Assembly: GCA_032718475.1 (NCBI GenBank)
Contig: JAUCBJ010008121.1
Coordinates: 45,068-109,067 of the forward strand
DNA from: Nemertoderma westbladi
Taxonomy: Eukaryota > Animalia > Xenacoelomorpha
Direction of reading: 5' to 3'
Length of the DNA: 64,000 nt
The position numbers were made by a program, and so were the translations under genes. Below, piece after piece: positions 31,735 through 44,779 of the stretch; the stretch's first letter is position 1; each line of letters opens with the position of its first letter. The notes under the pieces are model-generated. The model did not search any database. It was not told where the DNA came from and worked only from the letters and a program-made list of their open reading frames with translations.

Positions 31735-32315
31735 GTGAGGAGGAGCTATTGATATAATTTGTATGAAATCTAATGTTGTATATCCAATTATTTATGATTA
31801 TACTGTATGTAATGACCTATTATTATTATTTTAAACTCAATTTTAGATATTTTTATAAGAATTTATTTATAATACATTTGAGTTATCCGTACATTATTTT
31901 TACTATACGCGTTATATTTTATTTACCGGGTGAAGCGATGTTAATAACGAATCGAAAGCATAATGGAAATATGTTCCACATTATTTAACATGCAATACGT
32001 AATTTTATTTATAAATTTATTTATTATTTTCACGACGTAAATATTATAAGTTTTATTTAGTGAAAGACCTAAAGAATACTCCTGATGTAATATGGTTAAC
32101 ACAAATTGTTTGAGCATTGCTTATTCTAGAATAAAAAGCAATATTTCTTCGTTAGACTCTCCCCTTTCCGTTAGACCACTGGGTGCTCTACACAACCCCC
32201 CCCCCCCCCCCCATCCCCAATTTGTTTTTAAAACTACTGTATCTTGTTGTTTTTTTAATTTACTTTCAAATGTTGCAACATGTTATGTCTTCATAAAAAA
32301 TGTTCTTCGTTTCAG

Positions 32316-33520
32316 AGAACCTGAGTGAAGTTGATGATTCTCCCATTCAGTCGTGGCAAAATCCGAAACATGTGGATTCTGATCCAACTTCTAGCTCTTC
32401 GATAGATATTACTGCAGTTACTATAGAGCATCCCCCTAATGTTTCGTCCCAGACTACTGTAATTGAACTCATTAACGATGTTGTTGTACCACATACAGGT
32501 GCGTTATACTCTCAATGTAAATTACTACATGAAGATTCTTCAACGCCACATCATAAAGGTGGTGGAGAAATCTCTAATGATAAATTGGGTGGAGTTGGAC
32601 TGCAACCGGAAGTTATAATGAGTAATCCCACAGCTGGTAAAGTTGAAGAAACTAATAGTGATAACCTACGATGTTTTGATTGCGAAAAGAGTGCTGTTTC
32701 TGTATTAAACAATGCAAAGAATATCATAAGAACTGCTACAAAATCGTCAAAATGTGATGTTGGTAGTCCTACCGATAAACCTGTTGCAGCACCTTTGTGC
32801 ATGGATTATGAACCATGCGAGGCAGAAACTGTTCAAAATATTAATTCAAAATGTTCTCCACAAGCGAAAGTTTCTAATGCTGCTACATTAAACATCGTAA
32901 ATTGTGCAAGAAAATTTGAAAAACATCAATTTCATACAGGAAATTCCGGTAACAATTTGGAATATATTCTCGGTAGTAGATTGAATTTTATAGATAATTT
33001 TAATTTCTTTAATGATAAACATATCGCGATGGATCACCTTCCCGCATCCCAGACTCCGTGCCTACAGACCTTGGGAAACATCCCCCTAACTCGATCAAAT
33101 ATGTCGGTAGAAGATACCGACAAACATAATGCGAGTCGCAAACGCATTGCGGTTGTTAGAAACTCGAGATGTAAACGGCGACGATTGGTCGAATATTCAG
33201 ATTCAAGTTCAGAATCTGAAAGTTATCCGGATTCTGGCGATAAACATGTTTCTGATGATATAAGTTCAGTAATTTCTTCTGAGATTTCCGCCGGTGTGCA
33301 TTCTATGAAGGGCAATAAACAGCAACATATTATACCCGAGGAATCTGTAATGGTAACATCTAATACTAATTATTCACCCACGGTATTGCAAGAGAACAAT
33401 CAAGATCAATCATTAGTACCAATATTAAGTAAGCCTATGTGTACAGTACCGGTACATATTAAAGCAGAAGTGATTTTGCAAAAACCGGTGCTAAAGCTTT
33501 CAGGCATGCTTAATCCAAAG
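32316..33520 (+). CDS. MLH3: MLH3 exon 2 (low-complexity linker)
   Basis: Acceptor TTCGTTTCAG| is in phase 1, matching exon 1. The frame is open for about 400 codons to donor AAG|GTAACA, phase 0. Confidence 0.7.
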
Positions 33521-33640
33521 GTAACAATCGTTTTCCCTTAGACTTTGTTATACTCAACATTTTTCAGATTGAAAAGTTGCAATTTTTGCACTATCAACAC
33601 ATCACTATCGTATTGAGCCACTTAGCCACACGACCAGCAT

Positions 33641-34078
33641 GGGAGTCCATGCTGGGCTCTAACTGCTGAGGACACAAAATCTCTGGATGGCACATTTGCA
33701 AGAATGCTACGCCGGGTTCATTGTGTCAAGTACAATGCACACATCTCCAACCAGACACTATATAACATTGGAGGTGTCTCATTGGTTCCCCCAAGCTTGA
33801 CACTAAAACAAAGTCGCCTCCGCTTGGCAGGACATTGCTTTCGCCGTGAGGACCAGCCAGTGCATAATGGTGCTTTGGTAGCCTCATGGAGTGAATAAGC
33901 ATGGTGGACAGCCCATCTTGAGACGCATCTTAAAGGACAATGGCCTTGAAGATGCGGATGATCTAGCAAATGTCATGGGTGATAGGGAGTTGTGGCGACG
34001 CATTTTTGTCGACAAGCCGGCACAGCATTCTTGAAAATGCAGCTGTAATGCAGCATGCCGATCCTAGTTGTTGTAGTA
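33641..34078 (+). mobile_element. RTE-like LINE 3' fragment in MLH3 intron 2
   Basis: Nearly identical to 41441-41885 (MLRRVHCVKY...RLRLAGHCFR), with a GTA/GTT tail. Confidence 0.85.
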
Positions 34079-34081
34079 CTA

Positions 34082-35930
34082 TTATCGACATGCTGCAGCT
34101 GCATTAAGAATGCTGCATATGCCGGCTATTTTTATTCTCTCCATAAGACCGCCAAAGCAAAAGATCATGCACGGGCCCTCGCGGAGAAAGCAATGTCCTG
34201 TTAAAGCGGAGGCGGCTCCTTTCTAGTGTCAAGCTTGGGGGTACTAACCATTCCTAACTTTACCTTCCACGGTCTGGTTGTAGAGGTGTGCGTGCATTGT
34301 ACTTGGCACGAGCACTGCATAGCATTCTTGTGAAAGTACCATCCATAGTTAGAACCCAGTATTTACTCCCATAGGAGTACTGGAACTACTGCTGCTCTAA
34401 ATAATCTTTAAGAATCCGTGGTGTTAAATGCGACTTCAAAATCCTGGACCGCCCGCGCCCATACAATGCTGCCCATGCTCTCCCATTACGTAATCGATGA
34501 TCTTCACCTGAATTCCGGATCCATGACATGATCCAGGCAACATAAGTCATCCACATGCTCAAGCACACCATCCTTAGAGCTTGTGCTCATACATTTAGAT
34601 ACTGTCACTAAGTCATCACCAAAGTCTAGATCAGTTAGGTATTTGGCAGGATTTCCTCGACTTCTGGAGCCAGTAGGTGGAGTTATCATCACCCCATCAT
34701 CATTATGATGATCTAAGGACATACGTAGAACATAGTCAACCACAATAATGAACAAGAATGGTGCAAGTGTGTCTCCCTGGAGGACGCCCCATAACACTTC
34801 AAATGGTTCTGTGTCACCGTCAACAGTAGACACAAATGTTGTCGAACCATCGTATACTGATCCGATTGCTGCAATAATTTCATCAGGAATCCCATATAAT
34901 GAAAGTATGCTGAACATACGTGAACGAGAGACTGAATCAAAGGCCTTGAAGAAGTCAACAAAGATAACAGCCAGATGCCTGTCTTTCTTTTTTGATATCT
35001 CTTCAATTATCCTTCTAAGTGCCAAAATGGGCTCCATGGTCCCACGACCTTTACGGAACCCATTCTGATTTCCACGGAGCAGTCTCTCAGTGTGATCCAG
35101 GATGCAATTTAATAGAATTATATTGTATAGCTTTGCAGCAATCGAGATCAATGAGATTCCCCGAAAAGAACCATAGAGTGTTAGGTTGCCCTTCTTGGGA
35201 ACTGGCACCAACTTATTTGTTTTCATTTATTTAGTGGGGCTCTCTTTATTATGTACATGCCTATGATGATGGGGTGAATGACCTCCATTTATTATAGAGT
35301 ATGTGGTATCGTATATTAAAGACCTCAGGGTGGACACCATCTACTCCACTGGCACAATTGGTCTTGACGCTCTTTGCAGCAGCCTTCACTTCTGCAAAGG
35401 AGATATCACCAATGGGAATATCTGGGAGTACAGACTCAGACACTTTCACTTCTATAAAGTTATCGGGCAATACCCTGTCATTATTGAGGAGCTTTTCAAA
35501 GTGGGCCTTCCAATCATTGAGGCGATCGGCTGGTGATTCAGCCTTAACCTTGGTGGTTGGTTGGCTTTTCCGCCCAGTAAGCAAGTTGATCGATTTCCAT
35601 GCCTGAGTTGATTGATTGCCTGCTGTCAGTGGCATCATTGATGGTATCAACCTGTTTATTGATAAGCTGATATAGATTGTTCAAGACCTAGATGAAGTCG
35701 TAACTGCATTCTTGGCCGCTTAGTCTGTTTGAACCGGGAGTCTCTATTTGCGTTAGTGAGGTGCTCTATAGGTCCATCCAGGGTTATGTTTCGAGGGTGT
35801 ACAGGAACTGTTTCTGCAGCCGCTGCCTCAACTACCACTGTGAATTCAGTACAGCACTCATAGTGAGCTGCTGACTCAGAGGCAAGGCTCACTCAGCTGC
35901 AATGTGAAGCTGTATCGGGCTGTTGCAACA
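34082..35930 (-). mobile_element. Decayed RTE-like LINE in MLH3 intron 2
   Basis: ORFs 35261..35650 and 34504..35226 (VPVPKKG, RGISL, QNGFR, FVDFFKAFDSV, GVLQGD), with deletions relative to the 40372-41885 copy. Confidence 0.88.
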
Positions 35931-36261
35931 TTGAGGACAAATTTATGTAAATATATTTGTTGATATATCTTTAATAAATATAAAAATAATTAAATATATA
36001 ATAAATAAAAAGTATATAAATCATTGCGGCGCGGCAGTCAGGTGTTCGCAGTTTACTTATAGTCGATAGTTTATTATATCGTCTCGACTTTAAAAGTAGC
36101 GTCGGACCGTCGGACCAAGTCGCGACTAAAATAAATTTTATATTACAAGTGAGGAATATATTATAAAATAGAACGAATATATATAAGCCATAGTTTATCT
36201 ACCGCCTACACTTAGGTCTCTCGAGCACCTCTACACATCCCATAATCTTGATTGTTCTCAG

Positions 36262-39018
36262 CAATCGAAGCTGCCATTTGTTTCGAAACATGATAAAATA
36301 CTTGCAGGTTCCAATAATTTAGTCCAAAGCAAGCGAAAATTTAAATCACATATAAACAAACGTGATGTTGTAGCCAAACCATATCGAACAATTTCACAAT
36401 TTGGATTGCAGCAGAAACCCATGAAAGTTCAAATACGTTATAAGTGCCGCAACAGTGGAGGAATAAACAGACAAACAAATATTGGCCAATCTAATGACGT
36501 TCTCATTAATTCTGAATCTGTTACCAGTTCACTAGATGTAGATGTTACATTTAACACTACTCAACAGAATCAAATACAATTCGACCGAACGACATGTAGC
36601 AATCAACATATAATGGGTAACACTGGCAATGATCTCCAACTCAATGTATACACTCCTTCCGAATATGTATTAAGTCCGATTTCATCTCATCCGAAACGGG
36701 TTCCACCCATCTCCTTTCATATTAAAGAACAAACCGTAGTGACTACTGATGGTGGTGGTGTTTATCGACCACAACTTGATCCTCAAACAACCAAGACCAA
36801 GAGCATATGTAGTGAATCACTGGAAGGTGTTAATGGATCAATAATGCATTCTAAAGAATATGTAATTCCTTATAAAGACATCAATCCTCAACTAAATAAA
36901 TATAACGAGTTACAGTCTTATGAACAACATGGTAATCAGATAAGTGATGATAATGCTGTGGTTGTAGACAATGTTCATTGCAAGACAATGGAAGTGAAGT
37001 TAAGTGGAAACCCATGTGATGTTGAATGTGATAGTTTTGAATTTGAAGATTCACCGAAGTGCCAACATAAAGTCTTCGATTGCGAATTTCCAAATAACAA
37101 TAATAATTATGTGAAATGCATGCCAGTAGTTACAAGTCACGGTCTCAGTGGGCTTATTGTAAATACTGCAAACAAAGTGGAAAACGGACGAAGAAATTCA
37201 GCCCAATTCAGCCCTGCCGCAAATGTGTCTAACGGTTATGAAACCTCAGACATAAAAGTGATTGAGAGCCAAGAAAGTCCATATAAGTGTCTGATTCAGA
37301 AAGGTATATGTCAAGACTCAAATAAAATTATGACGCAGGATGTGGTAAATGGAGAAATAATTTTGACACAGAATGTTGCAAACAAACAAAGAAGTTTGAC
37401 TCAGAAAGTTGGAAGAACAGAAATAAGTTTGTCTCAGAATGTTGAAAGCCAGGAAATAAGTTTGTCTCAGAATGTCAAATACCCAGAAATAAGTTTGTCT
37501 CAGATTGTCGAAAACCCAGAAATAAGTTTGTCTCAAAATGTCAAAAACCCAGAAACAAGTTTGATTCAGAATGTTGAAAGCTCGGAAAGAAGTTTGACTC
37601 AGAATATTTCAAACTCAGAAAGAAGTTTGACTCGTTTGACTCAGAACGTTGCAAGACCGGATATCAGTCATAGAGACATGTACTCAAACGGAAGCGCAAC
37701 CCAGGACAAAGTAAATTCATTTTGTATTAAAGTTACAAGCGATACGCCCAGAATCTCGGACTCGCCTTCGTGTGAAATGAAAGCAACAAACGACACTCCT
37801 TGCGATAAATTATCGCGTAATCATGATGGATGGACAATGTTGTTTGACACAAGCAAAATGAAATTCGTCTATATTAATTTGAAAACAGGGGCTTGTCGTG
37901 AAACGGCACCAAATATTGGAAGTGCGTCGCTAAAATACACTAATGTGTCTACAAAACATGGGTCTACATTGGCCCATCTCAATGCCGACGTTTCACCATT
38001 CTTTCCGCGGTCCCACAATCAGCGTGAAATCTCCCCAAAAGAACAACAAGTTGATCCAATGAAAACCCCTAAGAACAATATCCTCAAGGACTTATACACA
38101 ATTCATACATCTGTTTCTAGTTATCCCCTTAAAGGGGCACACCAATCAAAGATACACAGCGAATGTAGTTCTCATAGTTGCGCAAACAGTATTCTAGAAT
38201 TGCTCACAAATTGGGTTAATCCAATAACATTAGCAGGAGAACCGGTACCGCACAGCTGCTGTAATCAGTACTGTGGTGACCACGTGAGAGGAATTAAGAA
38301 AGTTATTGACGAGATAAAGTTTTCTCCTCCGAGCATTTCCAATGCAACGTTTGTTGGGCAAGTCGACAACAAGTTTCTAGCCATAGTTATCCAAGGATTA
38401 GTCATTTCTCAGGAAACTGTTACCGACGTATTGGCTCTGATAGACCAGCACGCTTGCGACGAAAGGATTCGCTTGGAAAAGCTACTAAATTCAATGTATA
38501 ATGAGGATTGGTCATTGAAATCGTTTGACATACCTCGTCCGATACAAATCCAGTTGTCCGCTCATCAAATGCATTTAGTTTGTAATTATTCAAATCAATT
38601 GATACATTACGGTTTTCGTTTGAAGATTATCAACACTAGCCAACATTTTGGCGGTCACGTTGAAATAAATTCGTTGCCTCTGTGTGTCTCCAATCTGTTG
38701 CATAGTGAACTTGTAATCCAAAGGTTGACGCAGTTTGTTAAGGACGTGATCGATAACATTGGGTTATCGTCAGTTGTTAATGACGTCATACCGGAAGCTA
38801 TATTGAACCAAGTTAAACTAACTGCTTGCCATTCTGCCATTAAGTTTGGAGATCCTTTAAGTCGCCAACAATGTTTGCAACAATTACAGGAACTTGGTCA
38901 ATGTCAATTACCCTTCCAATGCGCCCACGGTCGGCCTTCTATTCTACCATTATCCACTATCAATAGTCTTAGGAATACAACGGCAACCTACGATTTTGAT
39001 AATTTGAATAAAATATAA
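36262..39018 (+). CDS. MLH3: MLH3 exon 3 (linker, WW-like motif, MutL C-terminal endonuclease domain)
   Basis: Acceptor TTGTTCTCAG| in phase 0, in frame with ORF 36406..39018. Motifs GQVDNKF, DQHACDERIRLE, ACHSAIKFGD and FQCAHGRP; the AHGRP form is typical of MLH3. Confidence 0.9.
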   Translation, partial: QSKLPFVSKHDKILAGSNNLVQSKRKFKSHINKRDVVAKPYRTISQFGLQQKPMKVQIRYKCRNSGGINRQTNIGQSNDVLINSESVTSSLDVDVTFNTTQQNQIQFDRTTCSNQHIMGNTGNDLQLNVYTPSEYVLSPISSHPKRVPPISFHIKEQTVVTTDGGGVYRPQLDPQTTKTKSICSESLEGVNGSIMHSKEYVIPYKDINPQLNKYNELQSYEQHGNQISDDNAVVVDNVHCKTMEVKLSGNPCDVECDSFEFEDSPKCQHKVFDCEFPNNNNNYVKCMPVVTSHGLSGLIVNTANKVENGRRNSAQFSPAANVSNGYETSDIKVIESQESPYKCLIQKGICQDSNKIMTQDVVNGEIILTQNVANKQRSLTQKVGRTEISLSQNVESQEISLSQNVKYPEISLSQIVENPEISLSQNVKNPETSLIQNVESSERSLTQNISNSERSLTRLTQNVARPDISHRDMYSNGSATQDKVNSFCIKVTSDTPRISDSPSCEMKATNDTPCDKLSRNHDGWTMLFDTSKMKFVYINLKTGACRETAPNIGSASLKYTNVSTKHGSTLAHLNADVSPFFPRSHNQREISPKEQQVDPMKTPKNNILKDLYTIHTSVSSYPLKGAHQSKIHSECSSHSCANSILELLTNWVNPITLAGEPVPHSCCNQYCGDHVRGIKKVIDEIKFSPPSISNATFVGQVDNKFLAIVIQGLVISQETVTDVLALIDQHACDERIRLEKLLNSMYNEDWSLKSFDIPRPIQIQLSAHQMHLVCNYSNQLIHYGFRLKIINTSQHFGGHVEINSLPLCVSNLLHSELVIQRLTQFVKDVIDNIGLSSVVNDVIPEAILNQVKLTACHSAIKFGDPLSRQQCLQQLQELGQCQLPFQCAHGRPSILPLSTINSLRNTTATYDFDNLNKI

Positions 39019-39578
39019 CAATTTCGCGAGGATGAAAAATATGATAAATTCATAAGTAACCGATCCTTACCGCTGATGAATAAACAAATAAGCTGAATTT
39101 ATATATATTTCATTAACTGGTTATTGGTCTCAGCATTGTGTAGGCCTATGATTGTTTATAATTAGAGATAACAATACAAAGGAATAATAATATAATATGA
39201 ATTAATTGTTTGTTTGTCCTTTAATCCCTTTTTTTCTTGTGTACGTACCGGACTACGAACTGATACGCGCTAGAAATTCAAACTCCAGAATCCGCCTTTA
39301 ACTTATTTTTCAAATATTTTTCCAAGCTTCATTGAATCATTAGTTATTAATCAATTCCGTCACTAATTTTATTAATTGGGAAGTAAAATTAATCACCTAC
39401 CACTATTTTAAATCTTTTTGCACTTTTTTGTATTTTAGTATTCACTAAAGTATATAAGTCACTATAATTTATTCAAAGGAGCATGTTACAGAGTCGGGCT
39501 CATATAACCAAAGCAAAACGTCATCGTTTCTAAATTTCAATATAATTATTACAATAAATTATTTATCTTATACAATAT

Positions 39579-39745
39579 CTCCTGGAATATAGTGTCGTTA
39601 TTCTGGTACATGCCCCACAAATTTTTTCTACAAATCTTAATGATTTTAAAGCATGAAATTTGAATCAGAGATAGTTGCACATCCCTCCTATTTGGGGGGG
39701 GGTGGTACCAGATTAACGACACTATATTCCTGGACATGACGGTGT
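39579..39745. mobile_element. Short MITE related to the 26113-28481 family
   Basis: GGAATATAGTGTCGTTATTCTGGTAC pairs with GTACCAGATTAACGACACTATATTCC. The internal CAAATTTTT.CTACAAATCTT...TGAAATTTGAA is shared with 26170-26220. Confidence 0.6.
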
Positions 39746-40100
39746 GGGGCGAGCCACAAAAGTAAGCGAGCTCAGCATGCGTGTACCACTATCTCAATCG
39801 GTGTGTCTGTAGATCTGTCGTTCTGTAGATCTGTCGTTCTGTAGATCTGTCGTTCTGTAGATCTGTCGTTCTGTAGATCTGTCGTTCTGTAGATCTGTCG
39901 TTCTGTAGATCTGTCGTTCTGTAGATCTGTCGTTCTGTAGATCTGTCGTTCTGTAGATCTGTATTTGTGAATGTCTCTGTGTTTTTATACGTTAATACCT
40001 CAGCTAATCCTCGATGAAATCTAACCAATCTCGGTGCACATGTTGTTTGGCAAAAGTTTAGAAATAGAATTTGAGAGGGGCCTTCAGGACGAGCGCAACG
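39746..40100. mobile_element. HINE/DINE-1-like element containing a 16-bp tandem array (39806-39962)
   Basis: (CTGTAGATCTGTCGTT) about 9 times, between a GC-rich subterminal motif and an ...ACCAATCTCGGTGCAC core. The array is certain; the family call is tentative. Confidence 0.5.
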
Positions 40101-40371
40101 AGGCTAATGAAGGAGACGAGTAGTGTGTTGACTATACTCGTAAACAACATTGTTTAGCATATTGGACGATATGTCATTATGATCAGTACCGGTGGTGGTA
40201 TGTTTTATGCTAGTTATTTGGTGACCAGATGACGAGTGCAACGATGGTTGTGATGAAGACGAGTCTTTGTTGACTATACTCTTAACGAGTATTGTTATGA
40301 CAATACTCGTAAACCACATGGTTTAGCATATTGGATGATATGTAATTTTATCCAATACTGATAATGGAGTC

Positions 40372-41885
40372 TTTGGAGGTCTTTAAAATACCTGAGTGTT
40401 TAAAGCTCATCTATCCCATCATAGTAGACATGTACCGAACAACAAGAGTCCCACAAGAAATGAAAACAAATAAGTTGGTGCCAGTTCCCAAGAAGGGCAA
40501 CCTAACACTCTATGGTTCCTTTCGGGGAATCTCATTGATCTCGATTGCTGCAAAGCTATACAATAGGATTCTATTAAATCGCATCAGGGATCCCATTGAG
40601 AGACTGCTCCGTGGAAATCAGAATGGGTTCCGTAAAGGTCGTGGGACCATGGAGCCCATTTTGGCACTTAGAAGGATAATTGAAGAGTTATCAAAAAAGA
40701 ATGACAGGCATCTGGCTGTTATCTTTGTTGACTTCTTCAAGGCCTTTGATTCAGTCTCTCGCTCACGTATGTTCAGCATACTTTCATTATATGGAATTCC
40801 TGATGAAATTATTGCAGCAATCAGATCAGTATACGATGGTTCGACAACATTTGTGTCTACTGTTGACGGTGACACAGAACCATTTGAAGTGTTATGGGGC
40901 GTCCTCCAAGGAGACACACTTGCACCATTCTTGTTCATTATTGTGGTTGACTATGTTCTACGCATGTCCTTAGATCATTATAATGATGATGGGGTGATGA
41001 TAACTCCACCTACTGGCTCCAGAAGTTGAGGAAATCCTGCCAAGTACCTAACTGATCTAGACTTTGCTGATGACTTAGGAGTACTCTCAGAATCATTAGA
41101 GGGAGCCCAACGGCTCCTCAGCTCATTAGAACATGCTGCTTCTAGTGTTGGTCTTTTTATTAACTCCAGAAAGACCAAAATTCTGACAGTTAACTTTGAA
41201 AGTCCTCAGCAAGTCTCTGATCGGATGAGCATAAGCTCAAAGGATGGTATGCTTGAGCATGTGGACGACTTCTGTTACCTGGGATCATGGATCCGGAAGT
41301 CAGGTGAGGACCTTCGAATACGTAAGGGAAAGGCATGGGCAGCCTTGAATAGGCTTTCCAGGATTTGGAAGTCACCGAGAATTAATCGGAAACTTAAGGT
41401 CCGATTATTTAGAGCAGCAGTAGTTCCAGTACTCCTCTACGGGAGTCCATGCTGGGCTCTAACTGCTGAGGACACCAAATCTCTGGATGGCACATTCACA
41501 AGAATGCTACGCCGGGTTCATTGTGTCAAGTACAATGCCCACATCTCCAACAAGACACTATATAACATTGGAGGTGTCTCATTGGTTCCCCCAAGCTTGA
41601 CACTAGAACAAAATCGCCTCCGCTTTGCAGGACATTGCTTTCGCCGTGAGGACCAGCCAGTGCATAATCTTGTACTTTGGCAGCCTCATGGAGTGAATAA
41701 GCATGGTGGACAGCCCATGACTTTCTTGAGACGCATCTTAAAGGACACTGGCCTTAAAGATGCGGATGATCTAGCAAATGTCATGGGTGATAGGGAGTTG
41801 TGGCGGTGCAATTTTGTTGACAAGCCGGCACAGCATTCTTAAAAATGCAGCTGCAATGCAGCATGCCGATCCTAGTAGTAGTAGA
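40372..41885 (+). mobile_element. 5'-truncated RTE-like LINE; RT broken by one premature TGA (41027-41029)
   Basis: ORFs 40364..41029 and 41225..41842 are in the same frame (GVLQGD, FADD, YLGSWI, VLLYGS, RLRFAGHC). The stop corresponds to CGA in the intronic copy. (GTA)n tail. Confidence 0.9.
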
Positions 41886-42213
41886 TAATGGAGTGATGTA
41901 AGATATATATTTGGTGACTAGGTTGTGCAGGACGAACGGAACGAGTTTCTGCAGTTGATACGAGTATCCATATGCCATAAATCAGCACTTACTCGCACAG
42001 TTACGAGACTTTGCATAGTTATAAAGGTCGTAGGTGTGCGAAATAGTGGACGAAAAAATAAAAATAGTGAAATAGATATAGTAAAAAAAATAATAAATTA
42101 AATTAAAAAATTATTAATTTAATTTAAAATAATAATGAATTGCAATTAATTGCAGTGACAATTTAGAAAACATTGAGAAATGGCCGGTATTTATTAAACA
42201 GGCTACAACCAAC

Positions 42214-42286
42214 GGGTGTGTGGCGCAGTGGATAACGCGTCTGCCTACGGAGCAGAAGATCCCAGGTTCGACCCCTGGCACGCTCG
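42214..42286 (+). tRNA. tRNA-Arg(ACG)
   Basis: 73-nt cloverleaf GGGTGTG...CACGCTC-G, anticodon arm TCTGC-CTACGGA-GCAGA, T arm CCAGG-TTCGACC-CCTGG, followed by TTTT. Confidence 0.95.
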
Positions 42287-43929
42287 ATGTGTATTTTGAC
42301 GATATTAATTTTGTAGGTGTGAGTGTTATTGACATTATTTTCTAAAATTATTATGAGGTTCCCACTTTCCTTATACTTGCCATTGGAGCAAGGAAGATAG
42401 ACCATGATTCCACCAGGACTGCGTGAGTGATACCATATAGTAAGAAAATATTGTCCTTGGCAAAGGTTGCTATGGTTAAAATAATGTTATTATTATTGAC
42501 TATGTAAATTGGGTTGTCGAAGTGCTCATCCCTTGTCTTTAAAAAGAAGAAAGCATACATTGATATGGCGAGTTCTCAAAACTCTCCATAAAATAAAATA
42601 ACCTTAAAACTTAACTGTGACTTGAATGATACACTGAGATTTAGGGCCCAATTTTTACTTCCCATTGCTACAGAAACGGCATACAACTGTTTTCCCATAG
42701 GCGCATTTTGGATATATTAATCTGCCATGTCCCCTCTATTGATGGTGCAGAATTCAGCTTCGCCGTACATTTTCCCGGTTAGCCTGTTGTTGACCTAACA
42801 ATATTTATACTGTACTATTATACTGTTTGTGTTTGTGTCTGATTGTTTCTGTTCGTAATATGATGCAACGCCTTTAGACCCAGATACAAGGGCCGCTCCA
42901 CATAACTCGGTCAGCCAAACGCCTTCCAAGTTCGGCGACTCCTGGCTTCATGTATGTTTACAACTTGATTTACCACCAGGACAAAGTCGTGAAGAGGCTA
43001 ATAAGATCAAGACAATAAGCAGTAGTAACCTCATGTGCTTTTAAGCTTAGATTTCCCTGCGCTGATTTCTGCCTTTTAACAACTATACGACCACTTCAGT
43101 TAAATTGAAAGATTTGAAACTCGCTTCCTCCTAGCTGGACAACTCTCATTCTGCGAAGTGACTGGTACAATTTCGACCGAGGTCGGAGAACACAAGTTTG
43201 TTGTTAAAAAATGAGAGCAAAAATAATGGCTCTCCCAGTAAGTGGTCCAGAGGTAAAAACAACCTCTGATGAACTTTCATGCAATCTCATTAAGATTTGT
43301 AAAAAAATTAGTCGGAGGCGGGGGTGGGTTGGTTGTTGTATGCGATATTACGGGATTATCATATTAATAAGTCAATAAACATCAGTAGCGTAAAATATTA
43401 ATATATTAAATAAAGTAAAAATATACAAACACCTGGTCAATAATTATTATTAAATAGGTGGCGCGTGAGTATATTATATTTAACCATACAAGTCACCCAT
43501 GGTCTATTAAGCCTTTCGTGATCAGCATTGTGTAGGACTTGAGCTCACAGATCGGTAATGACTTCCATTTTGAGAGACGTGTCTGTAATTGTGATGCTTT
43601 TCAGCCACCGGTACTTGTTACCATCGAAACGAAGTCCAGATTTCATCAACCTCACCTAACGACAGCTCGAACTCTTCAGACAGTTATGGCTCATGTGACC
43701 CCCTAGATAGCGGAATAGTATTAATATGCCATCGAGTTCTACCCGAACTGCAACTAATTCGACCTTTGACAAGATCGAATGAACACGGGAATAACACGGA
43801 GTTTGAGGAACATGGATGGTTGGTTGGGCCGGATAGTGAGGGAACTCACCCAAATCAATGGAAACCGACGAAAGACAAACTTGAAATGAAACTGAAATAC
43901 CTACAGGATCAAACATAGAGAAACAAACT

Positions 43930-44011
43930 GTGGGGCGAGACACGTAGTCGGCGAGCCTTTGCATACGGTTCATATAGGGCAAATGGGGCATGTCCGTCTG
44001 TCTGTCCGTCT

Positions 44012-44044
<33 letters not shown>

Positions 44045-44560
44045 GTAAATGTTTGAACGCGAATTTCTCGGCATCGCTCGTTCGGAATTGAACCAAACTT
44101 AGTAGGTAAGTAGTAGAGAGAAAGTTTAGAAAGTTTGTAAAGTTTGGTGAAAAATCATGCAGTCTGACGTCAGCTACGACAGATTATGTGGTTTTTAGAA
44201 AATGTTAAATTTCTCGGGAAGGCCTCATTTTTCTGAGCTGAAATTTTGATGGCCTGTAGAGAATCATGAAGTCTATCTTTTACGAAATTGAAAAGTTAAG
44301 ACATTTAATTGGGGATCCGCTAGAGACTCAGAAGTAATGACATAGGCCTACCGGTACGGTACTGCTGTACAGTGGTGCACTGGTAAGTACGAAATTGCAG
44401 AATAACAATTTGACACCACCTAGCGGATTAACATATGATTGTATATCGAATGAATACATTTATAGCATGGGATATGGGGTCCAAACTAGACATGCCCCAT
44501 TTGCTCTATATGAACCGTATGCCAAGGCTTGTCGACTACGTGCTGCGCGAAGTCCCCACG
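43930..44560. mobile_element. Non-autonomous element with about 65-bp inverted ends and a (GTCY)n microsatellite (HINE/MITE-like)
   Basis: GCATACGGTTCATATAGGGCAAATGGGGCATGTC pairs with GACATGCCCCATTTGCTCTATATGAACCGTATGC. GTCT/GTCC array at 43991-44043. Confidence 0.75.
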
Positions 44561-44779
44561 AACGTGTACAGTAGCAGTATAGGTTACTTATTGTGATTGT
44601 GTAACAAACCAATATAATATTCAACAAATAATATGAAGCAAAATAATAGAAACGGAATATTCAGTATAAATTAAGATTCTAGAATAGACTCTTTCGCAAT
44701 TACGTTGGAAACAGTTATATACCAATAAGTTACGACTGATAGTTTTTATTTTAGCAGGCATAGGCTATTTCTCTCATTA

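Noticed and set aside
36308-36406. Alternative MLH3 exon 3 starts (acceptors at 36215 and 36307, or the track's TTG at 36406)
   Set aside because: Their phases do not match the GT donor at 33520, whereas the acceptor at 36261 does. A GC donor at 33503 joined to 36308 is possible but weaker.
39789-40028. Repetitive 79-aa ORF, and ORF 43656..44096
   Set aside because: These are translations of microsatellite arrays within non-autonomous elements.
41027-41029. TGA as selenocysteine or read-through in the RTE RT
   Set aside because: The paralogous copy has CGA at this position, so it is an ordinary C-to-T nonsense change.
43600-43918. Open frame of about 105 codons without an upstream ATG on the plus strand, after a TTTTCAG
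   Set aside because: No recognisable motif and no partner exons found, so it cannot be supported as an exon.
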